Notes under the pieces: model-generated
Database searches by the model: none
Seen by the model: only the letters and a program-made list of their open reading frames with translations
What the model was told of the DNA's origin: nothing
Source: Girardia tigrina
Lineage: Eukaryota
Direction: 5' to 3'
Assembly (NCBI GenBank): GCA_001938485.1
Contig: MQRK01238430.1
Coordinates: 99,490-163,489, forward strand
Length of the DNA stretch: 64,000 bases
Shown here: positions 13,488 to 26,046 of the stretch, piece by piece
Position numbering within the stretch: the stretch's first letter is position 1
Layout of the letters: the number at the start of each line of letters is the position of its first letter
Made by a program: the position numbers and the translations under genes

Positions 13488-13753
13488 GACGTTGATAATT
13501 TTATGACAAGTTTATAAAAATAAAATTACATATAGTTACATTGTTACAAGAAAATAAAAAGAGTGTTAAAAAATATTCATCAGAACATTTAAACATCTTT
13601 AACGAAATTTAAAAATAATAATAAAAACAGTTTTCCTATAGTATACAAGTAAGAGTACCGATAGGAGCTTTAAAGGATATCGATTTGTAAAGAGAAAGCT
13701 CTTCTGGTCTTTTGAGAAGAAGAAAAATCATTGTATCATATAAATAATAGGGT

Positions 13754-15060
13754 ATTAGGTGAGTTTTAAGGGTTTTTAATTCGTAAATTTTGAACGATCG
13801 TCATTTGCTAAATACTTATCGGATTTAAACGAAATATGCATCATTCGAATTACCAGGTGTCTTACCAAAAGAATCGACGCGATACAATAGGAATTATTCC
13901 GTTATTAAATAAATATAGTTATCTGGATTCGACGAAGTCCTCAAGGCTGTTTTTGCTGGTTCTTATTGGTAAGGGTAAGAACGAGAAATTTATCGAAGTA
14001 CTTGAAAGGTGGTAGTCGATTGACGCAAAGTCTGGAAAGTATGCCTTCTTATACGGTAGGGTATTACGACGTATATTGACCGGTGCCGACTGCAGTTATG
14101 ACTATTTTCGGTACATTTGTGATCTCCATACAGTAGGACTGTGATGTAATGTTTTAGTCTGATTTCAAAAAGTTGAAATAAATCACACCAGCTGAAAACT
14201 ACTATATTGTAACCATAGTCTATTTTACCACGTTTTTATTAGCTTGCTTTCTTGTCTGTTTGTCTGTTTGTCTGTTTGTCTGGAACAAATCTTGCGATTG
14301 ATTTTTCGACCACTTTCAGTCATCCAATTGAGCTGAANNNNNNNNNNNNNNNNNNNNNNNNNNNNNNNNNNNNNNNNNNNNNNNNNNNNNNNNNNNNNNN
14401 NNNNNNNNNNNNNNNNNNNNNNNNNNNNNNNNNNNNNNNNNNNNNNNNNNNNNNNNNNNNNNNNNNNNNNNNNNNNNNNNNNNNNNNNNNNNNNNNNNNN
14501 NNNNNNNNNNNNNNNNNNNNNNNNNNNNNATAAAAACAACCACGTTTTTCAAGCATTACCAATGCACTAAAAAGAGGAAAATAATTTTTTTCTAGGCATG
14601 TGCGAAATTTTATACCTAACCAAAAACGTGGGGCATAGAAATGATCGACTGTTACTAAAAAGCAGTAAAGAGGAAATAGTAGTTACTAATAGCAGTAATT
14701 CAGAAATCCGCCCCACGTTTTTGGTTAGGTATAAAATTTCTCACATGTCTAGAAAAAAATTATTTTCCTCTTTTTAGTGCATTGGTAATGCTTGAAAAAC
14801 GTGGTTGTTTTTATAAAAAAAATTTTTTATTAATAATATTATTATGGATTTTCAGTTATGATACACAATTCTTTCTTCTTTAAACTGAATGATTCGATCT
14901 AAAGAAGTGACCTCAAAATGTGATAAATTTTGCAACCCAAATTTCGAATCTTTTTACCTTTCAAATGAGTTTAAATCATAAGTAACAGAATGGTGACTGA
15001 TACCTAGTTCGTCCACAACTCTTTTTACGAACCTTTTAGGATGGATAAGCTTCCCCAGGG
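13754..15060 (-). mobile_element. Old degenerate mariner interrupted by a Helentron-like repeat
   Basis: Minus-strand remnants VDELGISH, TMVTI..SAGVIYFNFL, AYFPDFASIDYHL (YSPDLAPSDYHL-like), on both sides of 14223-14832. Confidence 0.65.
14223..14832. mobile_element. DINE-1/HINE-like (Helentron-associated) non-autonomous repeat, copy A
   Basis: TTTTACCACGTTTTT start, (TTGTCTGT)n microsatellite, inverted AAAAACGTGGT near the other end, GCATT-ggt-AATGC hairpin; near-identical to 59401-60445. Confidence 0.6.
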
Positions 15061-15699
15061 TCTTGAAATTTTCATACGGAATTACTGCAGATAGATTACT
15101 AAGGGTTAAATCTTCAAAACAAAATATCTTGAACCATTTTTATGTGCTACTTTTCCAAAACTATTAAGTCCCCACACTTGGTTAATTTTGGAAGCTTTCT
15201 AGGCTTTGGAGTGCCGCAATTTGAAGCTTATTAAGAAAAACAATATGATTTTCGACAATATTATTAAAAATTTATTTACCAGCAGGACAAATTATAAAAA
15301 AATATTGATAATAAATATTAATAAAACTTTAATATGTTTGATTAAAGTAAATTTAAACATCGAACTAAACTTTTAACTATCCATTGGGGAGGAGAGACAC
15401 AATCCTGATTCAACAGACAATATTCAAACACATGAAGTATTCCTCACAAAGTTAAAATAAAATATCGTTCAAATTGCTCCTTTGACATGGTTAAATAAAT
15501 CGATAAAATTAGAAATATTCAATCTAGGTAAAACAAGTATACCAAAGGAAGAGAGAATAAAATACAAAGTCGAATGTAAAAGATTGAAAAAACGGTACTA
15601 AACGTATGATAATTTTACATTAAACGTGGAATTTTTGGCTGTTATTGCATTTGATCCTATTGAGGCAATAACAGATTTTTTGAGGATCAAATATTGTTT

Positions 15700-17240
15700 T
15701 GCGATAAATTTTAATTAAATAAAATAAAATTCTTGCTTAGCAAAAGAATGCTCCGGAAAACACCATCGATTGTTGCATGTGGAAAGTAACGAAAGATTGT
15801 CAAAATTCACTGGAATAGAGAAAAATAAAACAATGGAGGCAACTAATGTTACGACAACTATGAAATCAACGACTAGCTAAGAGGATTAAGCTCAGCGGAA
15901 ATATGTAACGTATATGAACCATACCTGTGTTAGTGATATCTCAGAAAAAGGAGATAACAGTAAACGCATTGCTAGATGACGCGAGTAGTGTGAGTATGTC
16001 AGTCAAAGAGTGGCTAATGAATTACAATTAGTAGGTGCGAAAAAGTTCATTGGAGTAAATGTGATTGGTGGTAATGCTGAACAGATGATGGCAAGAAGTA
16101 GCCAGAGATGGAGTTACGGAGCGTGAATAGAAAAGTGCATATTGATTTCCAGGCATTAGTGATCGCCAAAATATCAGACGGAATTCACGTCTGTGACTGG
16201 AAAAAGATGCAAAATCGTTGGAAACATTTACGAGATATACCTTTTCACCCAGCTGGATTTTTCCAAAAATAACTCTGGAGTGCATGTGCTGATAGGAGCA
16301 GACTTTATTTGTTTACACCAATCCATTCGCAAAGTACGGGGAAACGGAGATGAGCCAGTAGCACGTCTCACACCGTTGGACTGCACCTGCATGGGAACAA
16401 TCCAGGAGCGGTTGACTAGACCATGCACGCATTTCAGTATATTTTTGACAACAGATAATGATAACGATCTAATGTTAAGAAGATTTTGGGAAATCGAAGA
16501 AACAGAACACCAGAAGAGTGGTGATTCGATTGAAGAACAATATATTGCTCGAGCAATAAAAGAATTCAAATATCAAGATGGGCGTTACCAAGTTGGGTTG
16601 CCATTCAAAACACGAACGCCAGAAGTACTGGAAACGAAAGCAATGGCTGAAAAAAGAGGGCTATTATTAGAGTAAAGATTTAATAAAGACGAGGATCTTC
16701 GACTTAGTTACGATAAAATTATCATAGATTATTTAGAGAAAAGATATATTCGAATGATAACAGATGGAGAGAAAGAAGGTGTCAAGTAGTGGCTGCCTCA
16801 CTTCCCTATAATCAAAAATGATAAAGAAACAACCAAAATCAGAATAGTATTTGACGCAGCTGCAAAGAGCCAAGGGGTATGCTTGAACGATCTCATCGAT
16901 ACTGGCCCGAAGCTGCAAAACGATCTGCTAGAAATATTATTGAAATTCAGAAAATTCCCCATAGCTTTAGTGTCTGAGGTACAAGAGATATATTTACAGA
17001 TATCGATATCTGAGAATGATAGACAATATTTATGTTTTTCCCACATAAGTGAAGGATAGAGAAGGTACTATCAGTTTCAGCGATTAATTTCGGATTGAAC
17101 GCATCGCCGTTTCTAGCGCAGTTTCTAGCACGGACGAATGCGGACACATTTAGTGAAGAATTGCCGGAAACAGTTCAAATAATTAAATATTCCACTAACA
17201 TGGATGATACCATGTTTTCAGTGGAAAACAACTGAAAAGA
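15700..17240 (+). mobile_element. BEL/Pao LTR retrotransposon pol fragment (protease-RT)
   Basis: VLIGAD, RRFWEIEE, YQVGLPF, IRIVFDAAAK..LND...GPKLQNDL, FGLNASPFLA motifs, with stops. Confidence 0.9.
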
Positions 17241-17764
17241 CAGATACCTCGAAGTGGGGAAGTATTAGTGATTAGAGACAACCCATTAGATGAGGACAGA
17301 TTAAAAAGAATAATGGAAATATTCAACAAGCAAATTGATGGGCAATTAATGGAGATTCTAACAAATTATAATGGCTGATAAGTTGGATATCGGGAAAACA
17401 TCATTGACAAAACACAGAATAGAAACACGCGGGGATCCAATGCACTTTTTATTTTTAAGGGAACAAACTCTCGATTTTTTTGTGTTTTGTGCGGATTCGA
17501 TTTAGAGGGTCCTTATTATTGGTGGTTTATTTTAAAACAAAAAGGTTTTCAAACAGTCTTTTCGAAATAATTTTAATTATAGTAGGTTGATTACAACAAA
17601 AAATGAATATAAAACTTAGAAAGAAAATAAAAAATATGAATATGTTCTTTAAGTATCAGTCTAAACTCAATTTAAGTCTAAATATAAACCAAAATACATT
17701 TTATTTATTAAGCTATTTTTAAATAAAAATTGTTTGGGATAACTTTTTTCTAAAAACAAATTAA

Positions 17765-18810
17765 AAGTTTATTTCAAACAAGGTATCATAGTTGCCCGTG
17801 GGAAATCATCGGATACTGCGAACTAACTCGTCCTTTGCAGCATTTCGCGCCGATCACACTTCGTCCATCCATATTTTGAATCGGGTTCTATTAGCCGGTA
17901 TTGTGCTTGCTCCAGGTTGTTGAATAGTATTTAATGTTGGACACAACGCACATCCTTCGAAGATTCGCCAGTGTGGTGCTCGTCAGTTTGAGGAGGTCAG
18001 CATCTTGTCGTTAGCATCCGGCCATGAACCCAAGCAGCCTACCACCAGGATACCAAGTCGTACGGTCCAGTCCCTGTGGTTTTGCTCCGCTTCTTCTGCA
18101 AGCTGCTTGTATTTTTTCTCGTTGTCTTCTATGTTTTTTTTCAATAGCCCCTTTGTGTCGTATGGGGTTTTGACGTCAATTAGCCATAGCTCTTTCGTAC
18201 CTTTGTTCTTTATTTGTAGGTCTATTCGCTTGAGTTGTTGACCATAAGCCACTCTCTGTCCGGAATTATTTCGAGAATTGGTTTTTCAGTCAGCAATACC
18301 TCCGTGCATTGTGACGCGCCAATATAATGGACCTGTTCCTATTACATAGACAAAAGATATGCACCTGTTTCGCAGTTTTAGTGTCGCATTCCCGGTATCT
18401 CGTTTTACTCGCCGGTTTGTTTTGGATAAAATTTGTTGGAAGGCTGTTAGTCCGTGCCGCATAAAGAAATCTCCATTCCTCATTGGTAATTTCCGTGTTA
18501 TGTAATACTGTCATGCTGACTTTACTCTCTACCAACGCCGTTGCTGATATCCCTGCCATTTTCTGACGGCTTCATTTGTCAAATTTTAATCGACCGTATA
18601 CTCTATGAATTTGAAAGGAAACAGAGTTCGAATTTGCCTGGTTAATAAGTGGAGTCTGAAGTGGTGTGAATGTTCAGGCAAATCCATAATTTATTGATCG
18701 CAAACCGAATTTGCAAGCCGATGCTATCCAGGTACCTGATGGAATTTCGAATCTTAGTTCACCAGGATTTATAGCCATTCTCCCTATCCCCCTTGTTCAG
18801 GAAGAACGAC
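17765..18810 (-). mobile_element. 3' fragment of an RLE-type non-LTR retrotransposon (R2/NeSL group)
   Basis: EEWRFLYAARTNSLPT, degenerate CCHC knuckle (..ECD....HIFCLC), RHN, RIDL...LWLIDVKTPYD...KKY, VVGCLGSW; AATAAA after the ORF. Confidence 0.85.
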
Positions 18811-18849
18811 ACTTTAATTACTTTTTTTGCGGCCAAACTATAGGCAGTA

Positions 18850-19512
18850 GATGAGCATTGACAGTGAAAAAGTGTATTGTCACCTAGAATACATCAGTCC
18901 TGAAAGTTTCATGTCGCTAAGTGAACGGGAAGTGGGTGAATTTTTGATCGCAAGATTTGATGCATCCAGACAGACAAACAAATGAAACATAATAAAAGCT
19001 TGTAAAAATGAGTAATAGTATGATATTCTTTAAAGCAATCAGTGATACAGAGCCCTACATCACACTCTGCACATTCAAATCTCGATTCAGATATTTTCCT
19101 TTCCTTTCGAACAGATTGACTACAAACAATGCATTTACGTTGTTTTGCTCTCTTTCCAGTCTCTGATGGTACCAATGAAGGGAAATGCCGATCAATCAAT
19201 CTCTTGGGATGCTCTCCTGCATTTGTTCTTCGTTCCGTTCCCAGATCTTTAGCATGTTCCTGAATAATTTCTCGTATGAGTTGCAGTCTAAATCCTCGCA
19301 ATTGAGGTATTTTGCCAGTTTTTATCATATAAAGTATATATGCATTCAACGTAGAAATATCTAGAAGGTAGAAGAAAATTTTTTGGCGGGAATATTGTAG
19401 AATTAATTGAAAAGGGGATATATATGAATAAAAGTGAGAAACATTTAAAAATGTTTGCCGTCCTTTGAAAAAAATTGTAAAACGTATATATACGTCTGCT
19501 GCCTTTAAAGGG
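18850..19512 (-). mobile_element. Internally deleted piggyBac
   Basis: TTAA-CCC terminus at 19516-19510; KIFFYLLDISTLNAYILY and the Cys-rich C-terminal domain (KCIVC...ECAECDVGLC...CF.EYH). Confidence 0.85.
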
Positions 19513-19776
19513 TTAATAATACCTAAACCTAATTTCATAACACTAGATTTTAAATCTTTAAGTTAAAAGAAATCTGTGTTTGTAAATTATAGTAGATTAA
19601 TTTTTTATTATTTAAGAAATCATGCAGAAAAATTTTAAAAAGAGACAAACGATATTACTAAACACAATTATTTAAATCCAAGATTCCAATATTAAAATTT
19701 TATATTTCCCAGTTAACACCACTTTTTTGATTCAGCCTTTAGATCAAGATATGATCGCCACTTTATAAATTTATTA

Positions 19777-20618
19777 TTGGGTTGGCAAATAAGTAATTGC
19801 CGATTTTAGTTACAGATGTCTCTCACTCACATTTTTATTATACCCGCAAATGTTATGAACTTCTTCTTATATATGTTAGCTGTCATCCTAACCTACTTTT
19901 ACAAAAATTCTATGTGTAAATATTTTCTTAAAGTTTTTTAATGATTGCAATAACTAATAAAATAATTAATATGCAGTGTAAAATTGAACATATTCGCCAT
20001 ATTATGCTTTATTATTTCCGTAAACGAAAGAACACAATGCAAGAAGCCAAAAAAGTTTCGTGATGTGTATAGTAAAAAATCCCTTAAAGAAAAGCAATAC
20101 CGAAAATTATTTTAAAAATTCCGTTGTGGAGAATTTTCTCTTAAAGATGGCTAACGTTCAAGTCGACCAGTGGAGCTTAATGAGGATGAAATCAAAACCA
20201 TCATCGAAGCGGATCGTCATGTAACTACACAGGAGATTACAGATAAGTTAAATGTGTCACAAAAAGCCGTTGAGAAGCATTTAAAACGTGTCGGTCTCGT
20301 CAAGAAATTGGATATTGGTTTGGAATTGCTGTTTCACCCATTATAAAGCACTGATCTCTCGCCATCGAATTACCACTTATTCTGCTCCATTCGTGGTAAA
20401 ACTTTCAATGCTGATGACGATATTCAATGTCACTTGACACAGTTTTTGGCCGAAAAGGATCATACTTTCTACGAGAGTGGAATTTTCAAATTGTCAGAGA
20501 GATTACAAAAGGTCCTCGAACAAAATGAAAAATACATCATAGATTAATGTTCATTCCAAGTAAAAAAAACTCTTTTATTTCATTGAACAAATCGACAATT
20601 GCGTAGTTGCCAACCCAA
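19777..20618 (+). mobile_element. Internally deleted mariner (second family)
   Basis: TIRs TTGGGTTGGCAA / TTGCCAACCCAA with TA flanks; HTH part joined directly to HP..STDLSPSNYHLF, so the catalytic core is deleted near 20317. Confidence 0.9.
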
Positions 20619-22290
20619 TATATTAGACAAACTTCATGTTCGTGATAATTTGTAAAAATATACAATAAAGAAACTGTATATGTAATGTCTTCAAAATCTT
20701 TTTAAAAAAGTCTTTATCTTGTAAGAAGTTTGTGAGGGAAAATTGTAAATGTTGAGTTTGTTGTTTGTATGCTATTTAGATTGGTGGCTTTCCTATCCGG
20801 ATGGGATTGATAAGTTATCGATTAATTATCTAAATCTAATGAGAATAATGTTTAAATACTAATTAATTAAACGTTTTATAATTAGTAATTATAATAATAC
20901 TTTTGAGTAAATAATTAAACTTATAAATTTAATATAATTAAAAAAGCTAATGTTTATTTTGAAATTTCCTTACCCAATAAAATTTTGAGAAATTAAAAAT
21001 TATCATTTTTATAATCCCATTCATTAATCAACGATTTGAATAAATATACAAAAATATATCAATCAGAGAAAGATGCTTACTGAAGATATCGTTACTGATA
21101 ATTGTTGTAAAGATGATTTTGTTTGTGTTGTTAACAAATGTTTTCACCTAAATTGTGATGTTGCTAATAAAGTTGATTCAGTCTAAGCGGATTTTCTGTT
21201 TTCAGTCAGTTTCAATAATCGATTTACATTATTTTTAGTTTTTGTGAACAAATTCTAATGTTTTATTTTTGTTTTGGGTTTTATTTACTCGATTTTTTAG
21301 GGAACATATCAGTGACGTTAATCGAGGGATCATGTAAGGAATTTAGGAAAATAGAAATGCACAGGATTATGAGAGAAATGTTTAGGATAAAGTTGACTAA
21401 AATTAATAATCTTCGATATATTTCTAGATCAAGCGCAGTCGTTAATTGGATATCGTACAGTAAATTATCGTTTAATTCATAATAACACTCGGTTGGAAAT
21501 TAGCGTCAATTATCCCCAATCATTTTTATTATTGAAATCATGCAGTTTAATAATATTCATTAATATATAACGAATTAGTGTTAATGTCTAAGATAAACTA
21601 ACCGCTGCTACCGACAGGCATTCTGTGTCAATGAGTCGATATATGAAGAATTTGAAAAATGACTAATGTCACTCCCTAATTTTACCATATTTAAACAAAA
21701 TTGAGATTAATTAATTATTTTCGAATTGCGATTGCTGTTTACGATTTATTTATGTGTTTTCGAAAACTAATTTCAGTTTGTATAATTCTGAATTTAGTCG
21801 GATTTTATTTGTTTATGATTCCATCTCTAGAAAATTAGAATAGCAAAAGATGTAATTTTAAAAAATAAATAATTTGATATTTTGTTCTTCTTTAGGTTGT
21901 AATTTTCGTGGATTAAAATGTAGCAATCATAAGTATCTGAGTAATTAAAAGTTATTTCTAGGAACATTCGAAAACGGAAATGACAATGAGCAATGATTGC
22001 TCATAACGTAAAATTGACACAAAGTAATTTTTAAATTTTAATTAATTTGAAAATTTCGGAGAAATTATGATGGCTGTTAAATTTCTTTACTAAATATTTA
22101 TAAAGAACAATATTTTTAACCATAATAAACTGATGATAGATTATTAAAAACATAATACATGGTTATGAGAAAATTAAATATTAATATTCTTTTATTGTAA
22201 TTTAAATAAACTTATTTTGTGGAATTGGACTGTGTTCTTACTGGCAACTACTTTCACCCAAACTTTGAAATAAAACTGTGATTTTCGCAG

Positions 22291-22364
22291 TTAGCAAAGC
22301 TGAAGAAAGACGAAAATTATTCTCTAAATTACCACTAGCAGCTCAAGAAGCATTTGCACTTAAG
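22291..22364 (+). CDS. Candidate isolated coding exon
   Basis: TTTTCGCAG acceptor and AAG|GTATCA donor; encodes SKAEERRKLFSKLPLAAQEAFALK. Confidence 0.4.
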
Positions 22365-22429
22365 GTATCATATTTTGAAAAGGAAATCAGATACCGTAAA
22401 GGTGGTTATACGTCATATCCTTTAAAAAA

Positions 22430-22660
22430 ATTCCCAAATGCGAAAAATCCTCAAAACCAATTCTCAATTGACGAATTGCCCATGACGAAAATTTCCCAAT
22501 TCCCCATTGAAGAAAATTCCTATTTCCGCATTGATGAGCTTTCCCCATTTTCCACTTCTCCATTGACGAAAATTTCCCATTTCCATATTCCCCGTTGATG
22601 AAAATTCCACATTTTCCAATTCCACTTAACGAAATTTCTCCAATTTCCAATTTTAGATTG
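22430..22660. repeat. Degenerate 23-31-bp tandem array (TTGACGAAAATTTCCCATTTCC-like), probably transposon subterminal repeats
   Basis: About seven imperfect units visible; adjacent minus-strand ISAFVINKVPY resembles a decayed hAT-type VTDN..Y motif. Confidence 0.55.
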
Positions 22661-23159
22661 TCGAAAATTCATTTTGACATATGGTATAGAAAAATAATAT
22701 TCAAAATAATAAGCACCTTTGAGAACACCATTGAGGAGTACAGCCTCCATGTTACTGTTCCCCACCTGGTACGTATATGGTACCTTGTTAATAACAAATG
22801 CACTAATTTTTGAAAGTGGAATTTCAAATTTATACAATGTTTTTTAATATAGCTTCACTGACAGTCTTAAAGTTTGTTGATGGCAGAATAATGCTGAAGC
22901 TAGGTGTTTCGCCGAACGAGACGACTCGAGGTCGTTGAAAATATCATTCATTAGTTTTTATAGTACAGCAAAAGACAAAGAAACTTTTTTAAAAATTGTA
23001 TTTTTATTGAAATTCAATTATTGAAACAAAAATATTTTTAATTATTATTTTTTTTTGATTAAAAAAATGAAAAAATAGGATTCATACATCAGTATAAGAT
23101 GCGGAGCATACTATGATGGTGCATGAGCGAGTCGATACGATGCTTCTGATGAATCATCC

Positions 23160-26046
23160 TCTAAATAAATACATGGCTTCAAGTTTGTAATGTTTACGAT
23201 ATTGTCTGTGTCATTATATTCGATATTGGTGTTGTTTTTTTATTGAATTTGATCACCATGTATGGTCCCGTGTATCTTGATTCAAATGAAGTTGGATTTT
23301 CTAGCTGCAACCAGACGAATTTTGCTTTAAACAGTTCCTGTGGATCAAATGTTTGGTTATTTCCCAGCTTTGGAGGAGTGGTATCGATGTTTTTAAAATG
23401 ATGCCTGGCTGCCTCCAAATGTTTTTCATCGGTCGGATAATCACTGATTAATAATTCGTTTATTAATGATGTATTTGCACCAAAAACCATTTAAGCTGGA
23501 GAACTTCCTTAGCGGCTGTTGGGAAGATTTCTCCATCCAAGTAAAATATACGGTAGATGTTTGATCCAATCGTGTTTCAATATCATTGTTCGTAAGTAGT
23601 TTTTTAAGGTTTGGTGAAGCCTTTGATTGAAACTAAACAGTTTGACTGAGGATTAAAGGTTGTTGTTTGAAGCTTTAAGGAGTTGAACCTCTTGAGTATT
23701 TAATTGAATAATTCGGAATCAAATTGATGTCCTTGGCCGGGGATAACTCTTCTTTGGGTACCAAATCGTGATATCCAATTGTTGATGAAAATGTCCCCAA
23801 TTGTTTTTGTAGTTATATTTCTCATTGGAAATGCTTCCGGCCAACGGGTTTTTTATCGATGGTAGGGATGAGATAAGTGTGGGCTTGAGATGGAAGTGGG
23901 CCAACGATGTTAAAAGGAATTTTTTCGAATAGATTACCTGTTTGGAAAGAAAGGATTTGTGGTTTTATGTCTCGTAATTTTGTTTGATTGACATGTTTTG
24001 CACCACGATTTCACATCCTAGTGCATAAAAGACCAGATTATTTTGGGTCTGAGAAGTTCATAAAATACCTTAGAATCCGAGTGTGTTATTTCATGAACTG
24101 CTTTGAGGCTCTAGTCCTGAGGTCTTGACTAATTATTGGACAAGGGCATTCAGCATAAGAGATGTCGTAATGAATTTTTTCATGATTGGTTGGTTTTGTT
24201 TTGAAATATGATAATTTTTCTAAGTCGTGGGATTGAGTTCGAGAGTCTCTTTACCGAAAAGTGGTTCGAAAATTAAGGTTGAGATATCGATCCATGAGAA
24301 ACAAACCGTGACCACGTTGTCAGCGACGGATTTAAATCTCATCAGAATATCGAACTGAGATGAATAACTAATTTGTCTTTCTTGGTGGGGTGACGGATTT
24401 CGCATTGAAAGACACTGAAGTAATGGTTTATGATCCATGAATATCTTTATCTTACGTCCAATCATAATATGTTCGAAATGCTTGACTAAGAGAAAAAACC
24501 CGAGGAGTTCACGGCTGAATGTAGAATAACGGCTCTGGGCTGATGAAAGTTTATGCGAATATAACTCTACAGGTTCGGGATTATCATTTAATTATTGGCA
24601 TTAGTACTGCACCGATAGTGATATTTGATAAGTCGGTTGTTAGAGTGAGTGGTAATGAGCGGTCAGGATAGTGAAATTTTTGAATTGCCAATAGGTCATT
24701 TTTGATTTTTTTTGAAGGATTGTTCAGTTTTTGTTGTCCATTTTATCTTTTGTTTCTTTGGACACGAAGATAGTTCAATGAAAGAAGTCAGAGTTACAGA
24801 CAGATTTGGTAAGAATCTTCGACAATAATATATAATTCCTAACAAACTCCGCATTGCCGTAACTGTTTCAGGTTTAGGAAAATCTCGTATGGCTTTGATT
24901 TTACTTTCAAGTGGTTTTATACAATTTTTGAAAAGGTTGTGGCCTAGAAATTCTACACTGGCACAGGAAAATTTGCATTTTTCAGATTTAATTTTGAGAT
25001 GATTTTCATTCAATCAGTTTAATGTTGCTGTCAGATCGTGTTCAGGCTGTTTTATGATGTCATCGACACATGCAACAGTGTGTGGTAACCCATTGAGGAC
25101 TAATTCTATGTGTCTCTGGAATGTTTGAGACGCATTTCTGAGACTAAAAGGCATTTTGACGAATTCAAATAGGTCAAAAGTGTCGTACTAGTTGTTTTTG
25201 CTATTGAATCTTCATGTACTGGGATTTGAAGATATGCATTCGCTAGGTTAATCAACTTGAATACTGTGAAGTCAGAGAATCGCTGCAGAATGTCAGTTAT
25301 CAGTGACATATGGTATGAATCAGGTATGATGACTTTATTTAAACCTCTGTAGTCGCCACAAACTCTAAGAGTTCCGTCCTTTTTTGACGATCTGTGGTGG
25401 GGCGGCCCAAGGGGAAGAAGACCGACGTATCACTCTAGCTTTCTTAAGTTTTAGATAATTGTTTTTGGGATAGAACTCCTCTTTCCTCACATAATTCTCG
25501 ATGTCGATGATTGATAGGAGGGCACGGTTTTGTCACAATTACGTGTTTGGGAGTTAGGTGGTTTATATTCTTTGTTTGAGGAGGTCTCATGATATTTGGA
25601 AAATTGTGTTCGATGTAATTCATTGGATCTGATTAGATAGAGGAGATCTGTGACGCATCTGGTGTTGGGATTTCTAGGATATTTGCAGATTGAGGGACGA
25701 GTTTGTGATTTCTGCAATCCACAAGGAGTTTGTGTTGACCAAGCTTGATGACCACGCACATGTTGACACCTTGTGCGGTGTTTGTGATGAGACGATGGAG
25801 TATGCCGAGTCGAAACTCGATATTAACCACAATGAATGTGATCAATGGGACACACTGCTGTTGGATCAATGCTTGAAGCAGGTCAGTGGAATTAGTGAGT
25901 TTCCACAGTGCGCGAGGTGTTATCGATCAAAGAGCTGGTCAGAATTGAGTCTCAGTGAGATTACGTTGTGTTTCTTCCCCCTGACCCAGAAACACTGATT
26001 TTCCAACCCCAGGAAGCCGCCACCGCACTGCGCCCGCTCTAACACC
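23160..26046 (-). mobile_element. Degenerate Ty3/Gypsy element (protease-RT-RNaseH-integrase)
   Basis: LRVCGDYRGLN, AYLQIPV, CVDDI, EFLGH, DHKPL, YTGPY motifs in ORF fragments; TGGTGTTAGAG near 26046 may be a PBS remnant. Confidence 0.9.

Noticed and set aside
22430-22660. Repeat array as a possible CRISPR
   Set aside because: Units are degenerate with no unique spacers, there are no cas genes, and the context is eukaryotic.
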